A DNA stretch of 64,000 bases, taken from Escherichia phage CJY920. This document shows, piece by piece, positions 1-9,176 of this stretch. Made by a program: the position numbers and the translations under genes. How positions within the stretch are numbered: the stretch's first letter is position 1; each line of letters begins with the position of its first letter. The stretch lies in sequence record PQ349265.1; one strand, given 5' to 3'. The notes under the pieces are model-generated. The model was not told the origin of the DNA, made no database searches, and worked only from the letters and a program-made list of their open reading frames with translations.

Positions 1-234
1 CTTATTATCGGTAAACGTGTCCAAGGTGAAGTTCCTGAACTGTGTGTAATTCACTCTGTTGGTCCTGATGTTCCTGAAGGTTTCTGCGAAGTTGGTGATT
101 TGACTTCTCTTCCAGTTGGTCAAATTCGAAACGTTCCGCATCCTTTTGTAGCTCTGGGTCTTAAGCAGCCAAAAGAAATTAAACAAAAATTCGTTACTTG
201 TCACTATAAAGCTATTCCGTGTCTTTATAAGTGA
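1..234 (+). CDS. 31: GroES-like co-chaperonin gp31, 3' fragment (5' end lies outside window)
   Basis: Frame-1 ORF open from window edge to TGA at 232-234; C-terminal peptide ...[13 protein letters not shown] recognised as T4 gp31-like. Confidence 0.8.
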   Translation, partial: LIIGKRVQGEVPELCVIHSVGPDVPEGFCEVGDLTSLPVGQIRNVPHPFVALGLKQPKEIKQKFVTCHYKAIPCLYK

Positions 235-381
235 TATAAATAATAATATGAATTGGGTGTCGGAATAATAAGTTAACCGAACAATTCTACGTGGTAGTCT
301 ACAACTGAGAGATCTGTCGAAAGAAGATGAAATTCAGAAGAACGTGACTACCGAGTTTTAATCTCTAACGAGAATTTTTAA

Positions 382-630
382 ATGATTAAACAATTACAAC
401 ACGCTCTTGAACTGCAACGAAACGCATGGAATAATGGTCACGAAAACTATGGTGCATCTATTGATGTTGAAGCCGAAGCTCTTGAAATCCTGCGTTATTT
501 CAAACATCTGAATCCTGCTCAAACTGCACTAGCTGCCGAGCTTCAGGAAAAAGATGAACTTAAGTATGCTAAGCCTCTGGCTTCTGCTGCACGAAAAGCA
601 GTTCGTCACTTTGTGGTAACACTGAAATAA
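382..630 (+). CDS. rIII: rIII-like lysis-inhibition accessory protein (82 aa)
   Basis: ATG at 382; 82-aa ORF directly next to gene 31 as in T4; size and synteny only. Confidence 0.5.
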   Translation: MIKQLQHALELQRNAWNNGHENYGASIDVEAEALEILRYFKHLNPAQTALAAELQEKDELKYAKPLASAARKAVRHFVVTLK

Positions 631-1028
631 TTTATTGGAGAGTCACTGCCTTAGTGTGAAGTTAAAACGAGGAGCCGTCGAACTGTCTGATTAATGATTT
701 GCGAATCATTATAGTTTTAAGACCCCGGCAGTTTTACGGTGTACCTCTTGAATGTTATTCTTATAGCGGCAAGTGCATGCTACCCCGAGGTGATGGCCAA
801 TCGGGAGTACGCCTCAAGGCCTATATATCCATCAGTATATATCTTATCCTCGAGAAATCGAACCCGGAACCTTTAAGCTAACGGTGTGCAACAGATAAGA
901 GCTATAAGGTATGATGACGGGTTTATGGTTATCCTGGTCGTTAAATATCCAAAAACCTATGTTCCCCTTGAGGGCTTGCGCAGGCAATGCCAATAAGTCC
1001 TGCATTTTCATTTAAAAGAGAATTTATA

Positions 1029-1205
1029 ATGGCAAAACAAGCTAAAGCAAAGAAAGCAGTTGAAAAGAAAGTTGGTGATTCTAAACGCGCTGGTTACAAG
1101 CGTGGGTCGAACTCTCGTATCAATCAAACTGTTGAGAAGATCATGCGCCGAGCACGTGCGGTTCTTCGAGATGATGCTTCTCGTTTTGGTAAGCAGAAAG
1201 CATAA
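1029..1205 (+). CDS. small lysine-rich basic protein (58 aa), hypothetical
   Basis: ATG at 1029 in frame with track ORF 987..1205; followed by hairpin terminator. Confidence 0.35.
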   Translation: MAKQAKAKKAVEKKVGDSKRAGYKRGSNSRINQTVEKIMRRARAVLRDDASRFGKQKA

Positions 1206-1208
1206 GTT

Positions 1209-1235
1209 GAGGACTCCTTCGGGAGTCCTTTTTTA
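1209..1235 (+). terminator. rho-independent terminator (GGACTCC-ttcg-GGAGTCC + T-run)
   Basis: Perfect 7-bp stem, tetraloop and T6 read directly. Confidence 0.6.
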
Positions 1236-1250
1236 TTTTCCAAAGATTGC

Positions 1251-1290
1251 ACAAAGTTGTTTACAGTATGGTTCCTTTGTGATAGTATTA
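1251..1290 (+). promoter_or_regulatory. early-type promoter (GTTTAC -35 at 1259-1264, TAGTAT -10 at 1283-1288) with conserved upstream CACAAAGTT element
   Basis: Motif read directly; same element recurs at about 61353 and 61723. Confidence 0.45.
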
Positions 1291-1375
1291 TCTTACACAA
1301 ACAAAGGAGAATAAAATGAAAACGATTAATCGGGTTACGGTCATTGGGCTGATGTTGAAATTATAAGTATTGAAA

Positions 1376-1834
1376 ATGTCTGAGCTAGAAATAAGAAGCA
1401 ATTTTAGATGGCCATCATGTGCATTAAGCAATTTCGCCCAATGGCCTTTCGTTATGGATGGTATCCAATTTGGAGGTCTCGAAGGATTCCTCCAAGGATG
1501 TAAGGTGAAAAATGTTGAACAGCAAAGACGTATATTTGGGTTATCCGGGCTTGCCGCCCAACAAGCTGGAAGGTCTTATGCTAGAGCTCAGGACCGTGGC
1601 ACGTTGTTCTGGCTTGGAACTCCGTTTTCAAGATATTCCGAAGCATGGAAAGAATTATACACAAATGCATATTTTGAAGCAGCGATCCAAAACAGGGGTT
1701 TTCGTGATGCATTACAAGCCTCGAAAGGAAAAGTTTTGAAGCACAGCATGGCTAGTGGTCTAACAAAAGATGATACAATACTAACCGAAGCTGAATTTAT
1801 TGATGTGTTAAACCTATTAAGAGACTCTCTATGA
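1376..1834 (+). CDS. NADAR/YbiA-like (DUF1768-like) domain protein
   Basis: Motif LSNFAQWPFVMDGIQFGGLEGFLQGCK resembles the YbiA/NADAR signature (SNF..P...DG...E..FQ..K); first ATG at 1376 (track start 1370 is TTG). Confidence 0.5.
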   Translation: MSELEIRSNFRWPSCALSNFAQWPFVMDGIQFGGLEGFLQGCKVKNVEQQRRIFGLSGLAAQQAGRSYARAQDRGTLFWLGTPFSRYSEAWKELYTNAYFEAAIQNRGFRDALQASKGKVLKHSMASGLTKDDTILTEAEFIDVLNLLRDSL

Positions 1835-2679
1835 AGCCAACTATTTTGACTGATATTGATGGAGTATGTTTAAGCTGGCAATCAGGCCTTCCTTATTTTG
1901 CTCAGAAATATAATCTTCCGTTAGAACATATTTTAAAAATGATCCAAGATGAGAAATTTATTTCTCCAGGTAAACTCTTTAATTGTGATGAAGAACTTGG
2001 TGTCAAGTTAATTGAAAAATACAATCGTTCAGATTTTATTCGTTACTTGTCTCCGTATAAAGATGCCCTGTGTGTAATTAACAAATTAAAAGAAGATTAT
2101 AATTTTGTAGCTGTTACAGCATTGGGTGATTCTATTGATGCTCTATTAAATCGTCAATTTAATTTGAATGCTCTTTTTCCTGGTGCCTTCTCAGAAGTAA
2201 TGATGTGTGGTCATGATTCTTCAAAAGAAGAGTTGTTTAAAAAGGCAAAAGAGAAATATAACGTAATTTGTTATATTGACGATCTCGCTCACCACTGCGA
2301 CCACGCGAGTGAAATATTAAATGTTCCGGTTTATTGGATGGCTCGAGGAGAACGTGACAATATTCCAAAAACTGCTCAGCGAGTTTATACATGGAATGAT
2401 GTAGAAAATAAGCTTTTTTCGCCGAAGGAAAATAAAGAAAGTTTTGATAGTGAAAAAGCTATAAAAGATTTAATTGAGAAGATGGTTAAAAACGATTCTT
2501 TTCCTTGGAACACTACCTGGAGAACGCCTGGATTAAATCCTTATAATCATCTATATCATCTATATCATCCATATCAGACACATCCGTTTCAGACATGGAA
2601 CTATATTAAACCTGGTGGCATAGAGTATTTGTATAATAGACCTACTAGTGGTGATAATATTTTTCAAGGAGCATTCTAA
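1831..2679 (+). CDS. HAD-superfamily phosphatase/nucleotidase-like protein with Tyr/His-rich C-terminal tail
   Basis: N-terminal LTDIDGV matches HAD motif I (DxDG); 282 aa. Confidence 0.5.
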   Translation: MKPTILTDIDGVCLSWQSGLPYFAQKYNLPLEHILKMIQDEKFISPGKLFNCDEELGVKLIEKYNRSDFIRYLSPYKDALCVINKLKEDYNFVAVTALGDSIDALLNRQFNLNALFPGAFSEVMMCGHDSSKEELFKKAKEKYNVICYIDDLAHHCDHASEILNVPVYWMARGERDNIPKTAQRVYTWNDVENKLFSPKENKESFDSEKAIKDLIEKMVKNDSFPWNTTWRTPGLNPYNHLYHLYHPYQTHPFQTWNYIKPGGIEYLYNRPTSGDNIFQGAF

Positions 2680-2948
2680 TGTTTGTTGTTCATACTATTT
2701 ATGAAAATGAAGATAATACTACACGTGATTACGGTCACGTAAATCAATTTTTTAGATGCAATCCAGAATTCCGTGCTCAAAAAGACGAACGAATTTTTAA
2801 AAAATGTGTAGAACAAGGTTTCATTTACGTCAAGCACTGGATGCAAGGAAATAAAGTTAGAACTACATATCATAAGTCTTTGCCTGAGCTTAATGATGAA
2901 TTGATTTATAATAGAAATGTAAATCAAACTCTGAAGGATGAACAATGA
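2679..2948 (+). CDS. hypothetical protein (89 aa)
   Basis: ATG at 2679, tightly packed between flanking genes. Confidence 0.4.
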   Translation: MFVVHTIYENEDNTTRDYGHVNQFFRCNPEFRAQKDERIFKKCVEQGFIYVKHWMQGNKVRTTYHKSLPELNDELIYNRNVNQTLKDEQ

Positions 2949-4405
2949 TTCTTAAAATTCTGAATGAAATAGCATCTATTGGATCAACTAAGCAGAAGCA
3001 AGCAATTCTTGAAAAGAATAAAGATAATGAATTGCTTAAACGAGTATATCGTCTGACTTATTCTCGTGGGTTACAGTATTATATCAAGAAATGGCCTAAG
3101 CCTGGTATTGCTACCCAGAGTTTTGGAATGCTGACCATTACCGATATGCTTGACTTTATTGAATTTACGTTAGCTACTCGGAAATTGACTGGAAATGCAG
3201 CAATTGAGGAATTAACTGGATATATCACTGATGGTAAAAAGGATGATGTTGAAGTTTTGCGTCGAGTTATGATGCGAGACCTTGAATGCGGTGCTTCAGT
3301 ATCTATTGCAAATAAAGTTTGGCCAGGTTTAATTCCTGAACAACCTCAAATGCTGGCAAGTTCTTATGATGAAAAAGGCATTAGTAAGAATATCAAGTTT
3401 CCAGCTTTTGCCCAGTTAAAAGCTGATGGGGCTCGGTGTTTTGCTGAAGTCAGAGGAGATGAATTAGATGATGTTCGTCTTTTATCACGAGCTGGTAATG
3501 AATATCTAGGATTAGATCTTCTTAAGGAAGAGTTAATCAAAATGACCGCTGAAGCCCGCCAGATTCATCCAGAAGGTGTGTTAATTGATGGCGAATTGGT
3601 ATACCATGAGCAAGTTAAAAAGGAACCAGAAGGCCTAGATTTTCTTTTTGACACTCCTGAAATTAGCAAAGCTAAAGACTTCGCAGAAGTAGCTGAATCT
3701 CGTACTGCTTCTAATGGAATCGCTAATAAATCTTTAAAGGGAACTATTTCTGAAAAAGAAGCTCAATGCATGAAGTTTCAGGTCTGGGATTATGTCCCGT
3801 TGGTAGAAATATACGGTCTTCCGGCGTTTCGTTTAAAATATGATGTACGTTTTTCTAAACTAGAACAAATGACATCAGGATATGATAAAGTAATTTTAAT
3901 TGAAAACCAGGTAGTAAATAACCTAGATGAAGCTAAGGTAATTTATAAAAAGTATATTGACCAAGGTCTTGAAGGTATTATTCTCAAAAATACCGATGGA
4001 TTGTGGGAAAATGCTCGTTCAAAAAATCTCTATAAATTTAAAGAAGTAATTGATGTTGATTTAAAAATTGTAGGAATTTATCCTCACCGTAAAGACCCTA
4101 CTAAAGCCGGTGGATTTATTCTTGAATCAGAATGTGGAAAAATTAAAGTAAATGCTGGTTCAGGCTTAAAAGATAAAGCCGGTGTAAAATCACATGAACT
4201 TGACCGTACTCGCATTATGGAAAACCAAAATTATTATATTGGAAAAATTCTAGAATGTGAATGCAACGGTTGGTTAAAATCTGACGGCCGCACTGATTAC
4301 GTTAAATTATTTCTTCCGATTGCGATTCGTTTACGTGAAGATAAAACTAAAGCTAATACATTCGAGGATGTATTTGGTGATTTTCATGAGGTAACTGGTC
4401 TATGA
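2945..4405 (+). CDS. 30: ATP-dependent DNA ligase
   Basis: 486 aa (T4 ligase is about 487 aa as I recall); adenylation motif KADGAR; synteny with alt. Confidence 0.9.
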   Translation: MILKILNEIASIGSTKQKQAILEKNKDNELLKRVYRLTYSRGLQYYIKKWPKPGIATQSFGMLTITDMLDFIEFTLATRKLTGNAAIEELTGYITDGKKDDVEVLRRVMMRDLECGASVSIANKVWPGLIPEQPQMLASSYDEKGISKNIKFPAFAQLKADGARCFAEVRGDELDDVRLLSRAGNEYLGLDLLKEELIKMTAEARQIHPEGVLIDGELVYHEQVKKEPEGLDFLFDTPEISKAKDFAEVAESRTASNGIANKSLKGTISEKEAQCMKFQVWDYVPLVEIYGLPAFRLKYDVRFSKLEQMTSGYDKVILIENQVVNNLDEAKVIYKKYIDQGLEGIILKNTDGLWENARSKNLYKFKEVIDVDLKIVGIYPHRKDPTKAGGFILESECGKIKVNAGSGLKDKAGVKSHELDRTRIMENQNYYIGKILECECNGWLKSDGRTDYVKLFLPIAIRLREDKTKANTFEDVFGDFHEVTGL

Positions 4406-4590
4406 AAGCTTACTTAGAAACAATTGTCATTGCTCAAAAAGAAGGTGGAGATGTTTCTACTTCTGTATCACAAGTCATTCTCGAATTTGTAGATGCATAT
4501 GCTTATAATAAATTTACAGAAACATTTGATGCCTATGAAAAAGGACCAAAGTTTGAAATATATCGTACTCTCTTACCACTAGATTACTAA
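4402..4590 (+). CDS. hypothetical protein (62 aa)
   Basis: ATGA overlap with ligase stop; terminator directly downstream. Confidence 0.35.
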   Translation: MKAYLETIVIAQKEGGDVSTSVSQVILEFVDAYAYNKFTETFDAYEKGPKFEIYRTLLPLDY

Positions 4591-4606
4591 AGGCCTTCGG
4601 GCCTTT
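4589..4606 (+). terminator. hairpin terminator (AAAGGCC-ttcg-GGCCTTT)
   Basis: Inverted repeat read directly. Confidence 0.5.
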
Positions 4607-4611
4607 AATTT

Positions 4612-4619
4612 TATAAATA
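4612..4619 (+). promoter_or_regulatory. T4 late promoter box TATAAATA upstream of alt paralog 1
   Basis: Exact TATAAATA about 20 nt upstream of the ATG at 4640. Confidence 0.6.
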
Positions 4620-4639
4620 GAATAAACACTAGAGAGGAT

Positions 4640-6736
4640 ATGATGGAACTCATTACAGAATTATTTGACGAAGATACTACTCTTCCGATTACAAACTTAA
4701 ATCCAAAGAAGAAAATACCACAAATTTTTTCAGTTCATGTTGATGACGCAATTGAACAACCAGGCTTTCGTTTATGTACCTATACATCTGGAGGTGATAC
4801 TAACCGTGATTTAAAGATGGGCGATAAAATGATGCATATTGTTCCTTTTACATTAACTGCTAAAGGTTCAATTGCTAAATTAAAAGGTCTCGGTCCAAGC
4901 CCAATTAATTATATCAATTCAGTTTTTACTGTTGCAATGCAGACGATGCGTCAGTATAAAATTGATGCCTGTATGCTCCGTATTCTTAAGTCTAAAACTG
5001 CCGGTCAAGCTCGACAAATTCAAGTTATTGCTGATAGACTTATCCGTAGTCGTTCAGGTGGCAGATACGTCCTTCTTAAGGAACTCTGGGATTATGATAA
5101 AAAGTATGCATATATTCTTATACATCGCAAAAATGTATCACTAGAAGACATTCCAGGAGTTCCGGAAATTAGTACCGAGCTCTTTACTAAAGTTGAATCG
5201 AAAGTCGGCGATGTTTATATCAATAAAGATACTGGAGCTCAAGTAACTAAAAATGAGGCAATTGCAGCATCTATTGCACAAGAAAACGATAAACGTTCTG
5301 ACCAAGCTGTAATCGTTAAAGTTAAAATTTCCCGTAGAGCAATTGCACAAAGTCAGTCATTGGAATCTTCTAGATTTGAAAGTGAATTATTCCAGAAGTA
5401 TGAATCTACTGCAGCTAATTTCAATAAACCTGCTACAGCTCCTTTAATTCCCGAAGCAGAAGAAATGAAACTTGGAATTAATTCAATAGCTTCTAAAACT
5501 AAGGCAGCAAAAATTATTGCCGAAGGAACCGCAAATGAACTTCATTATGATTATAAATTCTTTTCAAAAAGTGAGGTTAATGAAGTTTCTGAAAAAATTA
5601 AAGATGTAATTCTTAATGCGATTAAAAATGAACCGACTACTTCAATAAAATGTTTAGAGAAGTATGCAGCAGCTATTAATAAATTCTTTGAAGAATATAA
5701 AGATACTTGGCTTGATAAACATAATAAAACCCGTAAAGGACAGCCAGATGAAGTCTGGGAAGAAATGACTAAAAATTCCTGGAACGCAGCAAAAACTAAA
5801 TTCCTCAAAAGAATGATTTACAGCTTTTCTGGAATTGGTGCAGGTCCAATGATTGATATTACTATTGCCCGTGATGGTTCTAAATATACTCCATCACAAA
5901 AGCGCGGCATTAGAGAGTATTGTGGTTCAGGATATACTGACATCAATAATCTTCTTTTAGGACGCTACAATCCAGAACGATATGATGTAATGAGTGAAAA
6001 AGAAATTGAATCTGCTATAAATAACTTAGATTCAGCTTTTGAAAATGGTGACCGTATACCGGAAGGAATTACAGTTTATCGTGCACAAAGTATGACTGCT
6101 CCTATATACGAAGCACTAGTTAAAAATAAAGTGTTCTATTTCAGAAATTTTGTATCTACTTCTTTAACTCCTATCATTTTTGGACGTTTTGGAATTACAC
6201 ATGCTGGTATTGGTCTTTTAGAACCAGAAGCTCGTAATGAATTGACAGTTGATAAAAATGAAGAAGGAATAACTATTAATCCAAACGAAATAAGAGCGTA
6301 TAAAGAAAATCCTGAATACGTTAAAGTTCAAATAGGATGGGCAATTGATGGAGCTCATAAAGTTAATGTTGTATATCCAGGAAGTCTCGGAATAGCAACA
6401 GAAGCTGAAGTTATTCTACCACGCGGATTGATGGTCAAAGTTAATAAAATAACTGATGCTTCTAATAATGACGGAACAACATCTAATAACACAAAACTCA
6501 TTCAAGCTGAAGTTATGACTACAGAAGAACTCACCGAATCGGTAATTTATGACGGTGACAGTCTAATGGAAACTGGTGAAGTAGTTGCAATGACAGGTGA
6601 TATTGAAATAGAAGACAGAGTTGACTTTGCATCATTTGTTTCATCAAATGTTAAACAAAAAGTAGAATCATCTCTTGGAATTATTGCGTCTTGCATAGAT
6701 ATTACAAACATGCCTTACAAGTTCGTTCAAGGATAA
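4640..6736 (+). CDS. Alt-like mono-ADP-ribosyltransferase, paralog 1 (698 aa)
   Basis: ART R-S-E motifs (TVYRAQ, FVSTSL, EAEVILPRG); N-terminus MELITE resembles a prohead-protease cleavage site. Confidence 0.8.
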   Translation: MMELITELFDEDTTLPITNLNPKKKIPQIFSVHVDDAIEQPGFRLCTYTSGGDTNRDLKMGDKMMHIVPFTLTAKGSIAKLKGLGPSPINYINSVFTVAMQTMRQYKIDACMLRILKSKTAGQARQIQVIADRLIRSRSGGRYVLLKELWDYDKKYAYILIHRKNVSLEDIPGVPEISTELFTKVESKVGDVYINKDTGAQVTKNEAIAASIAQENDKRSDQAVIVKVKISRRAIAQSQSLESSRFESELFQKYESTAANFNKPATAPLIPEAEEMKLGINSIASKTKAAKIIAEGTANELHYDYKFFSKSEVNEVSEKIKDVILNAIKNEPTTSIKCLEKYAAAINKFFEEYKDTWLDKHNKTRKGQPDEVWEEMTKNSWNAAKTKFLKRMIYSFSGIGAGPMIDITIARDGSKYTPSQKRGIREYCGSGYTDINNLLLGRYNPERYDVMSEKEIESAINNLDSAFENGDRIPEGITVYRAQSMTAPIYEALVKNKVFYFRNFVSTSLTPIIFGRFGITHAGIGLLEPEARNELTVDKNEEGITINPNEIRAYKENPEYVKVQIGWAIDGAHKVNVVYPGSLGIATEAEVILPRGLMVKVNKITDASNNDGTTSNNTKLIQAEVMTTEELTESVIYDGDSLMETGEVVAMTGDIEIEDRVDFASFVSSNVKQKVESSLGIIASCIDITNMPYKFVQG

Positions 6737-6739
6737 ATC

Positions 6740-8797
6740 ATGGAACTTATTACAGAATTATTTGACGGCGCTTCGGCGCCGGTTGTTAACTTAAATCCTA
6801 AGCATAAAATACCTCAAATTTTTGCTATTCAAGCCGGTGAAGAAAGCGTGCTTCCTGGATTTAGATTTTGTACATACACCTCTGGCGGTGATACAAATAA
6901 AAATGTTAAGCCAGGCGATAAAATGATGCATATCGTAATGATAGGTGTTAATGAGAAACTATCATTAGTTAAACTTAAAAACTTGGGTGGAAATCCAATT
7001 GGTGTCATTAATGCGGTTTTTGATACTGCTCTTCAAACAATGAAACAGTATAAAATTGACGCATGCCTATTCCGCGTGCTAAAGAGTAAAACAAACGGTG
7101 CAGCTCGTCAAATGCAAGTTATTGCCGACCGTTTAGTACGTACTAAAGGAGCAGGTCGATATGTTCTTTTAAAGGAAATCTGGGACTATGATAAAAAGTA
7201 TGCATATATTATGGTTTACCGTAAAAATGCCAATTTAGAAGACATTCCAGGTGTACCTCCTATTTCAACTGAGTTATTCACAAAAGTTGAATCAAAGGTT
7301 GGTGATGTTTATGTAGACGTTAAAACAGGTAATGCTGTTCCTAAAGCTGTTGCTGTTGCTGCTTCTATTGCTTTAGAAAATGATAAGCGTACGGATCAAG
7401 CTGTTATTCAGAAAACTAAAATTAGTCGTCGATTAGCAGCACAAGCTCAATATTCTACTGTCGATGCTTCACTTCAGGGTGATAGCTTCGCTGCTAAGAA
7501 ATATCAAGAGTTTGAATCTAAAGTTCCGGTATATAAAGCAGAAGGACCAATGAACTCCGGTGTTATTCAAGTTGGTTCAAACTTCAGCAAAGGAGCTATC
7601 GGTGGTATGAGGAGTGCTTCTCGTTTTAAATCTAATGATTATGAATTAGAAAGCTTCCGAAATCATATTGCATTGGCTCATGCACGTTTACGTGATCCAT
7701 CTATCAAGTTACAGAGCGATATAACATATCAAGGTTCTCAGGAATATTTAAAGAATAAAGAATTTTTTGATTATAAAACTGATAAAATTTTAAGCGATCT
7801 TGCTGACATTAATATTTCTAATAGCTTTGATGTTATTAAGAAAATTGTCAATGATTTAGTTAAAGGTTCTAAAGCCACACCAGATGAAAAGGTAGCTATT
7901 GTTCAATTTGTCATGAATGGCGTTTATAAATTGATTAATGAATCTGCTTCTCAAGCGTATGAATACGCAAGCACCGAAGTAACTCCAAAAGGATTAACTC
8001 AGGCTGAGTCTGATGTAATTGAAGATTATTGTGCAGATTCATATGTTGAAATGAACTCGTTCCTTTTAGGTAAACCAGATTCTACTCGTGAAGAATATAT
8101 GGAACGAGCTATTAAACACATCGAGACAATGGATTCTGCCTTTGCCAAAGGATCAGTTCTTCCTCCAGGAACTACACTTTATCGTGGACAAGAAGTTACC
8201 TTTAAAACTTTACGTCATAATATTGAAAATAAAATGTTCTATTTCAAGAACTTCGTATCCACATCGCTTAAACCAAATATCTTCGGTGAGTATGGTAAAA
8301 ACTATATGGCTCTAGATGATTTCAGTGCAGTATTTTCTGGTGAAGGAGAAGGTTCAGTTGATGCTGAAGATTTAATGCATATGGGTAGTCATTCTGCTTA
8401 TGCGAATGAAGATGCTGAAACTAGCGTAGGTATGGTAATTAAAGGAGCTGAGCGAATCAAAGTTATCGTTCCAGGACATTTATCAGGATTTCCATCAGAA
8501 GCTGAAGTTATTCTACCGCGTGGAATTTTGCTGAAGATTAATAAAGTGAGTACGTACATGATGAAAGAAACTGCTTATAATAAGTATCTAATCGAAGGCA
8601 CAATCGTTCCTCCTTCTGAACAATTAGAAGAATCGGTATATGATGGCGACCATCTAATGGAAACTGGTGAAGTTCGTCCAATGGCTGGATTTAATCAATT
8701 CCTTGTAGAAGAATCAAAAGAAGAGGAAAACGAAGTTTCTCAAATCTTGGCTTCTTTGGTTAACATCAACGGAATGTCTAAAAAGTTCAAGATGTAG
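6740..8797 (+). CDS. alt: Alt ADP-ribosyltransferase, paralog 2 (685 aa)
   Basis: Paralog of the upstream ORF; TLYRGQ, FVSTSL, EAEVILPRG; length near recalled T4 Alt (682 aa). Confidence 0.8.
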   Translation: MELITELFDGASAPVVNLNPKHKIPQIFAIQAGEESVLPGFRFCTYTSGGDTNKNVKPGDKMMHIVMIGVNEKLSLVKLKNLGGNPIGVINAVFDTALQTMKQYKIDACLFRVLKSKTNGAARQMQVIADRLVRTKGAGRYVLLKEIWDYDKKYAYIMVYRKNANLEDIPGVPPISTELFTKVESKVGDVYVDVKTGNAVPKAVAVAASIALENDKRTDQAVIQKTKISRRLAAQAQYSTVDASLQGDSFAAKKYQEFESKVPVYKAEGPMNSGVIQVGSNFSKGAIGGMRSASRFKSNDYELESFRNHIALAHARLRDPSIKLQSDITYQGSQEYLKNKEFFDYKTDKILSDLADINISNSFDVIKKIVNDLVKGSKATPDEKVAIVQFVMNGVYKLINESASQAYEYASTEVTPKGLTQAESDVIEDYCADSYVEMNSFLLGKPDSTREEYMERAIKHIETMDSAFAKGSVLPPGTTLYRGQEVTFKTLRHNIENKMFYFKNFVSTSLKPNIFGEYGKNYMALDDFSAVFSGEGEGSVDAEDLMHMGSHSAYANEDAETSVGMVIKGAERIKVIVPGHLSGFPSEAEVILPRGILLKINKVSTYMMKETAYNKYLIEGTIVPPSEQLEESVYDGDHLMETGEVRPMAGFNQFLVEESKEEENEVSQILASLVNINGMSKKFKM

Positions 8798-8826
8798 TTT
8801 ACAAGTCCCTCGTGTTGTGTTATAAT
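8797..8826 (+). promoter_or_regulatory. early-type promoter (GTTTAC at 8797-8802, TATAAT at 8821-8826)
   Basis: Motifs with 18-nt spacer read directly. Confidence 0.4.
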
Positions 8827-8857
8827 AATCTTACTGACATAACATGAGGAACACAAA

Positions 8858-9148
8858 ATGAAATCTTCTTTGCGCTTTTTAGGCCAAGAACTTGTAGTTG
8901 AAGGCGTTATTCCTGCTGATAACACTTTTAATGAAGCAGTTTATGATGAATTTATCAAAATTTTTGGAACAGATAAAAAGTTCGGAATTTTTCCTTCTGA
9001 AAATTTTTCAAAGCCAGAGCAGACTGAAAGCATTTTCCAGGGTGTAGTAACAGGTAAATTTGAGTCAGAAGCTCCGGTAAAAATTGAAGTTTATATTGAA
9101 GATAGTTTAGTTGCTTCAGTTTCCGCTTTTATTTCATTCCGTAAATAA
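8858..9148 (+). CDS. hypothetical protein (96 aa)
   Basis: ATG at 8858 with GAGGA RBS. Confidence 0.4.
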   Translation: MKSSLRFLGQELVVEGVIPADNTFNEAVYDEFIKIFGTDKKFGIFPSENFSKPEQTESIFQGVVTGKFESEAPVKIEVYIEDSLVASVSAFISFRK

Positions 9149-9154
9149 AAACAT

Positions 9155-9172
9155 GGGGACCTTTCGGTCCCC
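9155..9172. terminator. bidirectional hairpin (GGGGACC-tttc-GGTCCCC) between convergent genes
   Basis: Read directly. Confidence 0.5.
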
Positions 9173-9176
9173 ATTG

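Noticed and set aside
699-881. 60-aa ORF in the rIII-downstream gap
   Set aside because: No RBS, atypical composition, lies in the GC-rich probably non-coding stretch; the region is reported as a finding instead.
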